A stretch of 64,000 nt of DNA from Acidiferrobacterales bacterium (GCA_036393295.1 DASWHF010000045.1:14313-78312); one strand, 5' to 3'; shown: positions 48,491-60,435, counted from the first letter of the stretch. The notes: generated from the letters alone by a model not told the origin. Translations and numbers: made by a program.

Positions 48491-49312
48491 ATGAGCGACA
48501 TCCAGGCGATCATCACCGAGGCCTTCGAGCGGCGCGCGAGCATTACGCCGCGCAGCGTCGAGACCCACGTCAAGGACGCGGTGCACGAGGCCGTCAATCT
48601 GCTCGACGCCGGCAAGGCGCGCGTCGCCGAGAAGCACGGCGGCAAGTGGGTGGTGAACGAGTGGCTCAAAAAGGCGGTGCTGCTGTACTTCCGCATCGAG
48701 GACAACAGCTTCATCAAGGGCGGCTACACCAATTACTGGGACAAAGTGCCGTCGAAGTTCGCCGATTACAACAGCAAGAACTTCCGCGACGGCGGCTTCC
48801 GCGTGGTGCCGCCGGCGGCGGTGCGCAAGGGCGCCTACATCGCGCCGAGCGCGGTGCTCATGCCGAGCTATGTGAATATCGGCGGCTACGTCGACGAAGG
48901 CACGATGGTCGACACCTGGGCGACGGTCGGCTCGTGCGCCCAGATCGGCAGGCACGTGCACCTGTCGGGCGGGGTCGGCATCGGCGGCGTGCTCGAACCG
49001 GTGCAGGCCGCACCGACCATCATCGAGGACAACTGCTTCATCGGCGCACGCTCCGAGATCGTCGAGGGCGTGATCGTCGAGGCCGGCTCGGTGATCTCGA
49101 TGGGCGTGTACATCGGCCAGAGCACCAAGATCTACGACCGCGAGACCGGCGAGGTCAGCTACGGCCGCGTCCCGGCCGGCTCGGTGGTGGTGTCCGGCAA
49201 CCTGCCGTCCCAGGACGGCAAATATTCATTGTACTGCGCGGTGATCGTCAAGAAGGTCGACGAGAAGACCCGCTCCAAGGTCGGCATCAATGAGCTACTG
49301 CGGGACATCTGA
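48491..49312 (+). CDS. dapD: 2,3,4,5-tetrahydropyridine-2,6-dicarboxylate N-succinyltransferase
   Basis: Full-length ORF with a left-handed beta-helix hexapeptide region ([40 protein letters not shown]). Confidence 0.92.
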   Translation: MSDIQAIITEAFERRASITPRSVETHVKDAVHEAVNLLDAGKARVAEKHGGKWVVNEWLKKAVLLYFRIEDNSFIKGGYTNYWDKVPSKFADYNSKNFRDGGFRVVPPAAVRKGAYIAPSAVLMPSYVNIGGYVDEGTMVDTWATVGSCAQIGRHVHLSGGVGIGGVLEPVQAAPTIIEDNCFIGARSEIVEGVIVEAGSVISMGVYIGQSTKIYDRETGEVSYGRVPAGSVVVSGNLPSQDGKYSLYCAVIVKKVDEKTRSKVGINELLRDI

Positions 49313-50494
<1,182 letters not shown>

Positions 50495-50628
50495 CCGCCC
50501 GGCAGGTTTTTGCAGAAAATTTAATAATTTAACTCTGGTTTCGCTTGCGGTGCCCGACCCGGATGTACTATTTTTCCTGTATGCAGCGCGCTGAGCCACA
50601 CAACTAAACAGGCCGGGGACCGGGGGTC

Positions 50629-53187
50629 ATGGCCAAAGGGGGGTTCCTCAAACGGGACGCGCTCGTCGCCCTGGTCCTGGCGTTGGTGTTCATCGTGGCG
50701 GTGATCGCCGACCTGCGCCTGCTGAGCAACCTCGAGGCCATCGCCTACGACGCCGGCGTCGGGATGACCGGCCGCAAGCCGGGCGCCTCCGAGCAGATCG
50801 CGCTCATCACCATCGACGACGACAGCATCCGCGAGCTCGGCCGCCTGCCGTGGCCGCGCAACGTGCTCGGCGACATGATCCTCAAGCTCTCCCAGGCGCG
50901 CGCGCGGCTGATCGCGCTGCAGATCCTGCTGAGCGAACCCCAGACCGATCCCGGCCTCGTGCAGCTGCGCGAGATCGAGCAGTTCGTCACCGACAACGCC
51001 GGCCTGCGCCGGCGCGCCCCGCGCGAAGCCGCCGAGCTGCGCAACCGGCTGGCGCGCGCGACGCGCGAGCTCGATGTCGACGCGCAGCTCGCCGCCGCCT
51101 TGCCGCGCGCGCGCAACGTGCTGATGCCGATGTTCTTCCAGGAAGGCCGCCCGCTCGGCCGCGCCGACCAGCCGCTGCCGGATTTCGTCCAGCGCAACCG
51201 CCTGACACGGGTCGTGATCCCACCGAACAGCGGCGCCCGCGCCCCGACCGCGGTCGACGCCACCGTGCCGCTCGAGATCTTCGGTCGCCACATCGCCGGC
51301 GTCGGTCATCTCAACGTCCTGCCCGACAGCGACGGCGCGGTGCGCACCGATGCCCTGGTGATGCAGTACTACGACGAGTACTACCCGTCGCTGGCGCTGA
51401 TGATCGCGGCGCGCTCGCTCAACCTCGACGCCCGGGACATCAGCGTGACGCTCGGCGAGCACGTGACGCTCGGCAAACTCACGCTCGAGACCGACGACCG
51501 TGCGCGTTTGTACTCGGGTTTCTATCCGCGCAGCGAGCGCCGTGAACCGCCGTTCGCGCGGTACTCCTTCCACGAGGTGCTGAGCGGCAAGATCGATGCG
51601 CGCACCTTCCGCGACAAGATCGTCCTGATCGGCGCCACTGCCCAGGGCGTCGGCCATCGTCTGGTGACGCCGGTGGACCGCGCGATGCCGGAGCTCGAGC
51701 TGACCGCCAACAGCGTGGCCAGCATCCTCAACGAGGATTTCTACCGCCGGCCGGAGTGGGCGCTGTGGGCGGAAATGGGCATCTGGCTCACGATCGTCCT
51801 GTATCTCATGTTCATGCTGCCGCGCGTCGCCGCCGGGCCGGGCGGGTTCGTGTCCTTCGTGCTGTTCGCCGGCCTGCTGACCGGCGCGCACTATCTGCTG
51901 GTCACCCAGCAGTTGTGGCTGCAGACCGTGGCGCCGGCGCTGCTGCTGCTCACCGGCCACCTGGTGCTGGTCACCAAGCGCTTCTTCGTCACCGAGCGGC
52001 TCAAAGTGCAGGTCGAAGCCGATTCCGCCCAGACCAACCGCATCCTGGGCCTGAGCTACCAGGGCCAGGGCCAGCTCGACTCGGCGATGGACAAGTTCCG
52101 CTCGCTGCCGGTCGACGATTCGGTGCTCGATCTGATCTACAACCTGGCGCTGGATTTCGAGCGCAAGCGCCAGTTCAACAAGGCCGCGGCCGCCTACGAC
52201 TACATCCTCGAGCACCGCGACAAGTTCCGCGACGCCGCGGAGCGCCGCGAGCGCGCCCGTCAGGCCGAGAACAGCTTAATCATCGGCGGCGGTCGCGCCG
52301 GACCGGGCGGCACGCTGATCCTCGACGGCGCCGACCAGAAGCCGACGCTCGGCCGCTATGAGCTCGACCGCGAGCTCGGCAAGGGCGCGATGGGCGCGGT
52401 CTACCTGGGGCGCGACCCGAAGATCAATCGGGTGGTCGCGATCAAGACCATGGCGCTGTCCGAGGAGTTCGCCGGAAGCGACCTGGCCGACGTCAAGGCG
52501 CGCTTCTTCCGCGAGGCCGAGACCGCCGGCCGCCTCAACCACCCCTATATCGTCACCATCTACGACGCCGGCGAGGAGCACGACCTCGCCTACATCGCCA
52601 TGGAATACCTGGAGGGCAAGGACCTGACCGAATTCATCCGGCCCGACCGGCTGCTGCCGGTGCACGAGGCGGTCGACATCGTCTGCAAGGTCGCCGAGGC
52701 CCTGGACTATGCCCACCAGAACGACGTGGTGCACCGCGACATCAAACCGGCCAATATCATGTATGATCAGGCCAAGCAGTCGGTCAAGGTGACGGACTTC
52801 GGCATCGCCCGCATCACCGCCTCGAGCCGCACCAAGACCGGCGTGATCCTCGGCACGCCGTCCTACATGTCGCCGGAGCAACTCGCCGGCAAGCATCTCG
52901 ACGGGCGCACCGATCTGTTCTCGCTGGGGGTCACCTTGTTCGAGCTGCTCACCGGCGGGCAGCCGTTCAATGGGGATTCGATGGCGACGTTGATGTACCA
53001 GATCGCGAATGAGCGTCACCCGGACGTCACCCGACTCCGCGAGGGTCTCCCATCCTGCTTCAAGACCGTGCTCGACAAAATGCTCAACAAAAATCCCGAT
53101 AAACGCTATCAGAGCGGCATCGAGCTGCGCGACGCGCTGCTCCGCTGCCAGCGCGCCACCGTGCCACGCAAGGCGGGGGCGTCATGA
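50629..53187 (+). CDS. CHASE2 sensor domain / TM / TPR-like linker / Hanks-type Ser/Thr protein kinase
   Basis: N-terminal TM plus a CHASE2-like periplasmic region (IALITIDDDSIRELGRLPWPR), three TM helices at ~aa 385-460, a helical repeat linker, and a kinase domain (GKGAMGAVYLG, AIK, HRDIKPAN, DFGIA, SPE). Confidence 0.85.
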   Translation: MAKGGFLKRDALVALVLALVFIVAVIADLRLLSNLEAIAYDAGVGMTGRKPGASEQIALITIDDDSIRELGRLPWPRNVLGDMILKLSQARARLIALQILLSEPQTDPGLVQLREIEQFVTDNAGLRRRAPREAAELRNRLARATRELDVDAQLAAALPRARNVLMPMFFQEGRPLGRADQPLPDFVQRNRLTRVVIPPNSGARAPTAVDATVPLEIFGRHIAGVGHLNVLPDSDGAVRTDALVMQYYDEYYPSLALMIAARSLNLDARDISVTLGEHVTLGKLTLETDDRARLYSGFYPRSERREPPFARYSFHEVLSGKIDARTFRDKIVLIGATAQGVGHRLVTPVDRAMPELELTANSVASILNEDFYRRPEWALWAEMGIWLTIVLYLMFMLPRVAAGPGGFVSFVLFAGLLTGAHYLLVTQQLWLQTVAPALLLLTGHLVLVTKRFFVTERLKVQVEADSAQTNRILGLSYQGQGQLDSAMDKFRSLPVDDSVLDLIYNLALDFERKRQFNKAAAAYDYILEHRDKFRDAAERRERARQAENSLIIGGGRAGPGGTLILDGADQKPTLGRYELDRELGKGAMGAVYLGRDPKINRVVAIKTMALSEEFAGSDLADVKARFFREAETAGRLNHPYIVTIYDAGEEHDLAYIAMEYLEGKDLTEFIRPDRLLPVHEAVDIVCKVAEALDYAHQNDVVHRDIKPANIMYDQAKQSVKVTDFGIARITASSRTKTGVILGTPSYMSPEQLAGKHLDGRTDLFSLGVTLFELLTGGQPFNGDSMATLMYQIANERHPDVTRLREGLPSCFKTVLDKMLNKNPDKRYQSGIELRDALLRCQRATVPRKAGAS

Positions 53188-53981
53188 GCGGGCTCGCCAT
53201 GAGCGGCCTCACCCATCCCGGGCAGGTGCGCGACCGGAACGAGGACGCCTTCCTGCTCGAGCCCGCCAACGGCATCGCCGTGCTCGCCGACGGCATGGGC
53301 GGCCACCAGGCCGGCGAGGTGGCGAGCGCCATGGCGGTCGATCTCATCACCCGCCACCTGCGCGAGGCGGCGGATGCGCGCGCCCCGGGCAAGCCCCGCC
53401 CCGCGACCGCCCTGGGCGACGCGGCGATCGACGCGATCCGCAGTGCCAACCAGGCGATCTTCGACGCCGCGCGCAGCAAACCCGAATACGCCGGCATGGG
53501 CACGACCGTGGTGGTCGCGTTGTTCGACGCCAACAAACTGTGGGTGGCGCATGTCGGCGACTCGCGGCTGTATCGCTTCCGCGGCGGCCGGCTCAGCCAG
53601 ATCACCGTCGATCACTCCATGGTCCAGGAACTGCTCAACCGCGGGCTGATCAGCGAGGAGGAGGCGCGCACCTCGGCCAACAAGAACCTGGTGACGCGCG
53701 CGCTCGGCGTCGATACGCAGGTCGAGCCGGACGTCCAGGAGCAGACATTTCTCAAGGGCGACGTCTACCTCCTGTGCTCCGACGGGCTCACCGACGTCCT
53801 GCCGGACGCGGACATCGAGCGCATCCTGCAGCAGCATCGCGACGCGCTCGACACCGCAGTCCAGCAACTGGTCGACGAGGCCAACGCGCGCGGCGGCCCG
53901 GACAACGTTTCCGTCGTGCTGGTGCGCACCGACAAGCGCTTCGCGCGCGACAAACAGCCGTCGGCGGACGCCACGGCTTGA
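53184..53981 (+). CDS. PP2C-family Ser/Thr phosphatase
   Basis: ATGA overlap with the kinase gene. Motifs RDRNEDAF, LADGMGGH, GTTVV and CSDGL. Confidence 0.88.
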   Translation: MSGLAMSGLTHPGQVRDRNEDAFLLEPANGIAVLADGMGGHQAGEVASAMAVDLITRHLREAADARAPGKPRPATALGDAAIDAIRSANQAIFDAARSKPEYAGMGTTVVVALFDANKLWVAHVGDSRLYRFRGGRLSQITVDHSMVQELLNRGLISEEEARTSANKNLVTRALGVDTQVEPDVQEQTFLKGDVYLLCSDGLTDVLPDADIERILQQHRDALDTAVQQLVDEANARGGPDNVSVVLVRTDKRFARDKQPSADATA

Positions 53982-54045
53982 CAAACCGGTATCGACTTTA
54001 TTCAATGCCCAATCAAAATGCCGCACGCTTAAGCGAGATGCAACC

Positions 54046-54705
54046 ATGGCGAAAATAACGATCAAATTTGACGACGTGGTGATCGACCAGCTGGTCATCA
54101 AACCGGGGGACATGTCCATCGGCCGGCGCCCCGGCAGCGACATCTTGCTCGACAACCTCGCGGTCAGCGGCAACCACGCCACGATCTTCACGGTCGGCGA
54201 GGATTCCTTCATCCAGGATCTCAACAGCACCAACGGGACCTTCGTCAACAACGTCAAGATCACCAAGCACCATCTCAAGGACGGCGACACCGTCGTGATC
54301 GGCAAGCACGCGCTGGTCTACAACAACGAGAACGCCGCGCGCGCGCCGGCCGACAATCTCGCCAAGACCATGATCATCACGCCGCCGCGCAAGGCCGACG
54401 ACGCAGTGACCGATCCGCGCCCGGCGGCCGGCGCCGAGCCGCGCCGCGGCTCCATTTTCGTGCTGAGCGGCGCGAACAGCGGCAAGCGCATCGAGATCAC
54501 CAAGGCGGTCACCAACCTCGGCCACGGCGGCAAAGTCGCCGGCGTGATCAACCGCAACGCCAGCGGCGGCTACATCCTGGTGCCCGGCGGCCAGGGCGAG
54601 TTGCTCAAGCTCAACGGCAACCCGGTGCCGGGCCGCGGCGAGACGCTCAAGAACGGCGACGTCATCGAGATCGCCGGATCGCGCATGCAGTTCTATCTCA
54701 AATAG
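54046..54705 (+). CDS. FHA-domain protein (canonical N-terminal FHA plus degenerate C-terminal FHA-like domain)
   Basis: N-terminal SIGRRPGSDILLDNLAVSGNHATIF...NSTNGTFVNN...GDTVVIG. The C-terminal 85 aa have FHA-like spacing (NGNPV...LKNGDVIEIAGSRMQF) but lack the SR/H/S..NG phosphopeptide-binding residues. Confidence 0.8.
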   Translation: MAKITIKFDDVVIDQLVIKPGDMSIGRRPGSDILLDNLAVSGNHATIFTVGEDSFIQDLNSTNGTFVNNVKITKHHLKDGDTVVIGKHALVYNNENAARAPADNLAKTMIITPPRKADDAVTDPRPAAGAEPRRGSIFVLSGANSGKRIEITKAVTNLGHGGKVAGVINRNASGGYILVPGGQGELLKLNGNPVPGRGETLKNGDVIEIAGSRMQFYLK

Positions 54706-54735
54706 ACCTTAGGAAAACCTCACGCAGAGGCGCAT

Positions 54736-54809
54736 GTAGGGTGGGGCCCTGCCCCACCAGCGGCATGCAGGCCTGGTCGACACAATGGTGGGGCAGGGCC
54801 CCACCCTAC
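54736..54809. repeat. REP doublet, family II
   Basis: GTAGGGTGGGGCCCTGCCCCACC ... GGTGGGGCAGGGCCCCACCCTAC, lying between the convergent FHA gene and radA. Confidence 0.85.
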
Positions 54810-54815
54810 CCTTGT

Positions 54816-56183
<1,368 letters not shown>

Positions 56184-56212
56184 GGCGGGTAATTTATCAG
56201 AAAACCCGACGC

Positions 56213-57307
56213 TTAAGGCGCACCGACCTCGACCCGCGGCACGCGCGCAGTGACGCGGCACAGCAGCTCATAGGATATCGTCCCGGCCGCGGCGGCGATC
56301 TCGTCGACCGGCAGTTCCTCGCCCCACAGCACCACGCGGTCGCCGACGCGCGGGTCGCGGACCCCGCGCAGGTCCACCGTGATCATGTCCATCGACACCC
56401 GGCCGATCAAGCCGGCGCGCCGCCCGTTGACCAGCACCGGCGTGCCGGCCGGCGCATGGCGCGGATAGCCGTCGCCGTAACCGGCGGCCGCCACGCCGAC
56501 CGGCATGTCCTCCGGACAGGCCCAGTCGCCGCCGTAGCCGATCAGCTCACCCTTGCGGCGTTGATTCACCGCGATCAACTCGGTTTCGAGCGTCATGACC
56601 GGCTTCAAGCCCAGCTCGCGCGCCGGCTGGCCGATCAACGGCGCGCCGCCGTAGAGCATGATCCCGGGCCGCACCCAGTCGAAATGGCTGGCCGGCCAGG
56701 CGACGATGCCGGCGGAGTTCGCGAGGCTGCGCTCACCGACGACCTCGCCGCCCAGCTCCGCGGCCAGCTGGAGAAACCGGTCGATCTGCATCGGGGTGGC
56801 CGCGTCGAAGCGGTTATCGGCGTTGGCCAGGTGCGACAGGAGCCGCAGCCTGCCGAGGCCGGGGAGCTTGTTGAGCCGTTGCGCCGCGTCGACGGCCGCT
56901 TCCGGCACGAAACCCAGGCGATGCATGCCGGTGTCGACCTTGAGCCATACGTCCAGACCGGCGAGCCCGGGGGTGTTCTCCATATCCCACAACTGACTCT
57001 TATGATGCACCGCCGGCGACAGCTGTGCCTTGACGATGGCGGGCAGTTCCTCGGCGTCGAAGAAGCCCTCGAGCAGGCAGATCGGCTGCCGCACGCCGGC
57101 GGCACGCAGCGCGGTGCCCTCCTCGACGCTCGCGACCCCGAAGGCGTCGGCCGCGCCCAGAATCCCGGCGGCCCAGGCCAGGCCGTGGCCGTAGGCATCG
57201 GCCTTGACGACCGCCATCACCCGCGCGTCGGGCGCGAAATCGCGCACCCGGGAGAGGTTGTCGCGCAGCGCATCGGCCGACAGCAGGGCACGGATCGGTC
57301 TAGCCAT
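56213..57307 (-). CDS. alr: alanine racemase
   Basis: VVKADAYGHG PLP-lysine motif; full-length ORF. Confidence 0.92.
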   Translation of the reverse strand: MARPIRALLSADALRDNLSRVRDFAPDARVMAVVKADAYGHGLAWAAGILGAADAFGVASVEEGTALRAAGVRQPICLLEGFFDAEELPAIVKAQLSPAVHHKSQLWDMENTPGLAGLDVWLKVDTGMHRLGFVPEAAVDAAQRLNKLPGLGRLRLLSHLANADNRFDAATPMQIDRFLQLAAELGGEVVGERSLANSAGIVAWPASHFDWVRPGIMLYGGAPLIGQPARELGLKPVMTLETELIAVNQRRKGELIGYGGDWACPEDMPVGVAAAGYGDGYPRHAPAGTPVLVNGRRAGLIGRVSMDMITVDLRGVRDPRVGDRVVLWGEELPVDEIAAAAGTISYELLCRVTARVPRVEVGAP

Positions 57308-57358
57308 GGCGCGGTCGATACAAATCGCCTTGCGTGCGATGACGGGAGGAGAAACAGC

Positions 57359-57476
57359 TTAGCCACGGGGGGCACGGGGAGCACGGGGAAATGCGGGGCC
57401 GGTCGTCGGCGAGCCCACGATGCGCGGCGATATCCAAATTGATTATCCCCGTGTCCCCCGTGCCCCCCGTGGCTAA
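57359..57476. repeat. 31-nt inverted repeat built from tandem 9-mers (CACGGGGGG CACGGGGAG CACGGGGAA), arms 57359-57389 and 57446-57476
   Basis: The arms are complementary apart from one AG/GA dinucleotide swap. The spacer is 56 nt. It lies between the dnaB stop and the alr start. Confidence 0.85.
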
Positions 57477-57494
57477 CACACGATACCTCAAGCG

Positions 57495-58886
57495 CTAATA
57501 TCCTTCTTCGTAGCCGGGGCTGATGTAGTTCTCGAAGCGGGTGTACTCGCCGAGGAAGGTCAACCGCACCTTGCCGACCGGGCCGTTACGCTGCTTGCCG
57601 ATGATGATCTCGGCCGTGCCCTTGTCCTGGCTGTCCTCGTTGTAGACCTCGTCGCGATAGATGAAGAAGATCACGTCCGCGTCCTGCTCGATGGCGCCGG
57701 ATTCGCGCAGGTCGGACATCACCGGGCGCTTGTTGGGGCGCTGCTCCAGGCTGCGATTGAGCTGCGACATGGCGATCAGCGGCACGTTGAGCTCCTTGGC
57801 CAGGCCCTTGAGCGAGCGCGTGATGCCGGAGATCTCGGTGGCGCGGTTCTCGTTCGATTCCGGCGACTGCATGAGCTGCAGGTAGTCGACCACGATCATA
57901 CCGAGTCCGTGCTCGCGCTTCAGGCGCCGCGAGCGCGAGCGCAGCTCGAGCGGCGTCAGGGCCGGCGTGTCGTCGATGAAGATCGGCGCGTCGGCCAGCA
58001 GACCGATCGCCGAGGTCAGTCGCGGCCAGTCGTCGTCGTCGAGCTTGCCGGTTCGCACCTTGTGGGCGTTGATGCGTCCGAGCGAGGCCATCATGCGCAT
58101 GGCGAGCTGCTCGCCGGGCATCTCCATGCTGAACACCGCCACTGGCAGCTTCTGCCCGACGGCGGCGTTCTCGGCGACATTCATCGCGAATGAGGTCTTT
58201 CCCATGCTTGGTCTTCCGGCGACGATCACGAGATCGCCCGCCTGCAGGCCGGAGGTCATGGCGTCGAGGTCGCTGAAGCCGGTCGGCACGCCGGTGATCG
58301 CGCTCTCCGAACGGAACAGCGTGTCGATGCGGTCGACCGCGGCGGTCAACAGGGTCTTGAGCGGATGGAAGCCGCCGCGCCGGTGCGCGCCCTGCTCGCT
58401 GATGTCCATGATGCTCTTCTCGGCCAGGTCCAGCAGCTCGCCGGCCGAGCGCCCCTCGGGGCTGTAGGCGCTGTGGCCGATCTGGGTGGTGACGCGGATC
58501 AGGTTGCGCAGCACCGCGCGCTCGTGGACGATGTCGGCGTAGGCGAGGATATTGGCGGCGCTCGGCGTATTGTTGGCGAGCGCGCCGAGATAGGCCAGCC
58601 CGCCGGCGTTGCCCAGCTCGCCGTTGCTCTCCAGCCATTCCGAAACGGTCACGACGTCGGCCGGCTGGTTGTCGTCGCACAGCGCGGCAACGGCCCGGAA
58701 AATCAGCCGGTGTTCCTTGCGGTAGAAATCGTTCGGACCGAGGCGGTCGGCGATGCGGTCCCAGCTCTGGTTGTCGAGCATGAGGCCGCCCAGCACCGAC
58801 TGCTCGGCCTCGATGGACTGCGGCGGGACTTTGAGTACTTCCGTGGCGGCATCGGAGCTGCTGATCGAATAGGCGCGTTCTTCCAT
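57495..58886 (-). CDS. dnaB: replicative DNA helicase
   Basis: PPQSIEAEQSVLGGLM N-terminal motif and Walker A GRPSMGKTSFA. Confidence 0.95.
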   Translation of the reverse strand: MEERAYSISSSDAATEVLKVPPQSIEAEQSVLGGLMLDNQSWDRIADRLGPNDFYRKEHRLIFRAVAALCDDNQPADVVTVSEWLESNGELGNAGGLAYLGALANNTPSAANILAYADIVHERAVLRNLIRVTTQIGHSAYSPEGRSAGELLDLAEKSIMDISEQGAHRRGGFHPLKTLLTAAVDRIDTLFRSESAITGVPTGFSDLDAMTSGLQAGDLVIVAGRPSMGKTSFAMNVAENAAVGQKLPVAVFSMEMPGEQLAMRMMASLGRINAHKVRTGKLDDDDWPRLTSAIGLLADAPIFIDDTPALTPLELRSRSRRLKREHGLGMIVVDYLQLMQSPESNENRATEISGITRSLKGLAKELNVPLIAMSQLNRSLEQRPNKRPVMSDLRESGAIEQDADVIFFIYRDEVYNEDSQDKGTAEIIIGKQRNGPVGKVRLTFLGEYTRFENYISPGYEEGY

Positions 58887-58922
58887 CGACCCTCCGCGTC
58901 GTAGTAATAATTATGCCGGCCC

Positions 58923-58950
58923 ATTATACCCGGCCGGTCGCGCGCGTCAC
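58923..58950 (-). promoter_or_regulatory. candidate sigma70 promoter for dnaB
   Basis: On the minus strand: GTGACG, 16-nt spacer, TATAAT. The -10 hexamer is a perfect consensus. The -10 lies 37-42 nt upstream of the dnaB ATG, which has a GGAGGG Shine-Dalgarno. Confidence 0.4.
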
Positions 58951-59143
58951 GTCAAAAATTTTCCGCGCGCCGACGACCTGCCTTGACAGGAACGCGCGGT
59001 CCATCAGCGTCGATCGATATACCCGGGGCTACGACTGAACGTGAAGCGCGCGCGACGAAACGCAGAATGACGCAAAGCAACGAAGATCAAAGCGGTTCTT
59101 CGCGTCCTGGCGTCTTCGCGTTGGGATTTCTACGAAAATCGCC

Positions 59144-59593
59144 TCAGGCCTCGGCGACGATCGACACAATGATGTCGAAATTGACCTCGGAGTGCAGCGA
59201 GACCGGCACCGCGTGATCGCCGAGGGTCTTGAGCGGGCCCTGCGGCAGGTGCAACTCGGCGCGCTCCAGCGGGAAGCCCATGCGGGTCACCGCCTCGGCG
59301 ATATCGGCGGTGCCGATCGAGCCGAACAGCTTGCCTTCGTCGCCGGCCTTGGCCGTGATCTGCACCGTCACGCCGGCCATCGCCTCGGCGCGCGCCTTGG
59401 CCTGGTTGAGCGCCTCGGCCTGCGTCATTTCGAGCTCGGCGCGCTGCGCCTCGAACTTCGCCTTGTTCCCGGCATTGGCGATAACCGCCTTGCCTTTCGG
59501 GATCAGGTAATTGCGGCCGTAGCCGGCGCGCACCTTGACCTGGTCGCCGAGACCGCCGAGGTTACGAACCTTTTCCAGCAATATGATATCCAT
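59144..59593 (-). CDS. rplI: 50S ribosomal protein L9
   Basis: MDIILLEKVRNLGGLGDQVKVRAGYGRNYLIP. Confidence 0.95.
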   Translation of the reverse strand: MDIILLEKVRNLGGLGDQVKVRAGYGRNYLIPKGKAVIANAGNKAKFEAQRAELEMTQAEALNQAKARAEAMAGVTVQITAKAGDEGKLFGSIGTADIAEAVTRMGFPLERAELHLPQGPLKTLGDHAVPVSLHSEVNFDIIVSIVAEA

Positions 59594-59610
59594 GATTCAG
59601 TCCCCCGCGC

Positions 59611-59838
59611 TCAACGATGGCTGTCGCTGTACGGCAACAAGGCCAGAAAACGCGCCAGCTTCACGGCGCGCGTCAACTGGCGCTGGTAACGCGCCTTGGT
59701 GCCGGTGTTGCGGCTCGGAATGATCTTGCCGGTCTCGGTGACATAGCCCTTGAGCGTGGCGATGTCCTTGTAGTCGATCTCCACCACGCCTTCGGCGGTG
59801 AAGCGGCAATACTTCTTGCGGCGGAAAAAACGTGACAT
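59611..59838 (-). CDS. rpsR: 30S ribosomal protein S18
   Basis: [25 protein letters not shown]. Confidence 0.95.
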   Translation of the reverse strand: MSRFFRRKKYCRFTAEGVVEIDYKDIATLKGYVTETGKIIPSRNTGTKARYQRQLTRAVKLARFLALLPYSDSHR

Positions 59839-59858
59839 GACGTGTTCCTCGTGTTCGG

Positions 59859-60281
59859 TCAGGCCGGCTGCTCGGCCTCGGTGCTCTCGTCTTCGCTGCT
59901 GTCGTCGCGGTCGTCACCGCCGCCCTTGTCGTCGCGGGCACCGGCACCACGCGCCTCTTCCTGGCCGTCCTTGACGAGCGGCGACGGCGTGGTGACGGCC
60001 GATTTGCGCGCCAGGGTCAGCGAGCGGATCACCGCGTCGTTGAAGCGGAAGGCGGTCTCGAGCTCGCGCAGGATCTCCTGCGTGCACTCGATGTTCATCA
60101 GCACGTAGTGGGCCTTGTGGATCTTATTGATGGGATAGGCGAGCTGGCGGCGACCCCAGTCCTCGAGACGGTGGATCTTGCCGTCGCCGGCCTCGATCAT
60201 GGCGCGGTAGCGCTCGATCATGGCGGGCACCTGCTCGCTCTGGTCCGGATGGACCAGGAACACGACTTCGTAATGACGCAT
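59859..60281 (-). CDS. rpsF: 30S ribosomal protein S6 (with acidic C-terminal tail)
   Basis: The internal ATG of the track ORF gives [25 protein letters not shown]. Shine-Dalgarno AAGGAAG is upstream. Confidence 0.95.
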   Translation of the reverse strand: MRHYEVVFLVHPDQSEQVPAMIERYRAMIEAGDGKIHRLEDWGRRQLAYPINKIHKAHYVLMNIECTQEILRELETAFRFNDAVIRSLTLARKSAVTTPSPLVKDGQEEARGAGARDDKGGGDDRDDSSEDESTEAEQPA

Positions 60282-60370
60282 TGTGGCTTCCTTGTGGCTT
60301 AAAGCCTCCCAGAACGCGCTGGTGAGGCAAGGAACCGGTCGGCGCTTAGGCGAGGCCGGAAAGGGGTGGC

Positions 60371-60399
60371 ATTCTAAAGTAGCAAGTAGCAAGTGGCAA
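60371..60399 (-). promoter_or_regulatory. candidate sigma70 promoter of the rpsF-rpsR-rplI operon, embedded in a heptamer repeat
   Basis: On the minus strand: TTGCCA (60399-60394), a 17-nt spacer cttgctacttgctactt, then TAGAAT (60376-60371). The predicted leader is ~80 nt. Confidence 0.5.
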
Positions 60400-60435
60400 G
60401 TAACAAGGAAAACAATCCCTTGCTACTTGCTATTT
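60376..60435. repeat. heptamer-periodic inverted repeat (GTAGCAA GTAGCAA GTGGCAA GTAACAA ... CCTTGCTACTTGCTATTT)
   Basis: Four tandem 7-mers at 60379-60406. The right arm at 60418-60435 is complementary to the first two. The right arm contains the rlmB stop codon. Confidence 0.8.

Noticed and set aside
50629-54705. The STK/PP2C/FHA triad as the PpkA/PppA/Fha1 regulators of a type VI secretion system
   Set aside because: No T6SS structural genes (tssA-M, hcp, vgrG, clpV) are present anywhere in the window. The flanking genes are dapE and radA.
59839-59858. Search for priB between rpsF and rpsR
   Set aside because: The gap is only 20 nt, so no gene can be present. The absence is noted under the DciA finding.
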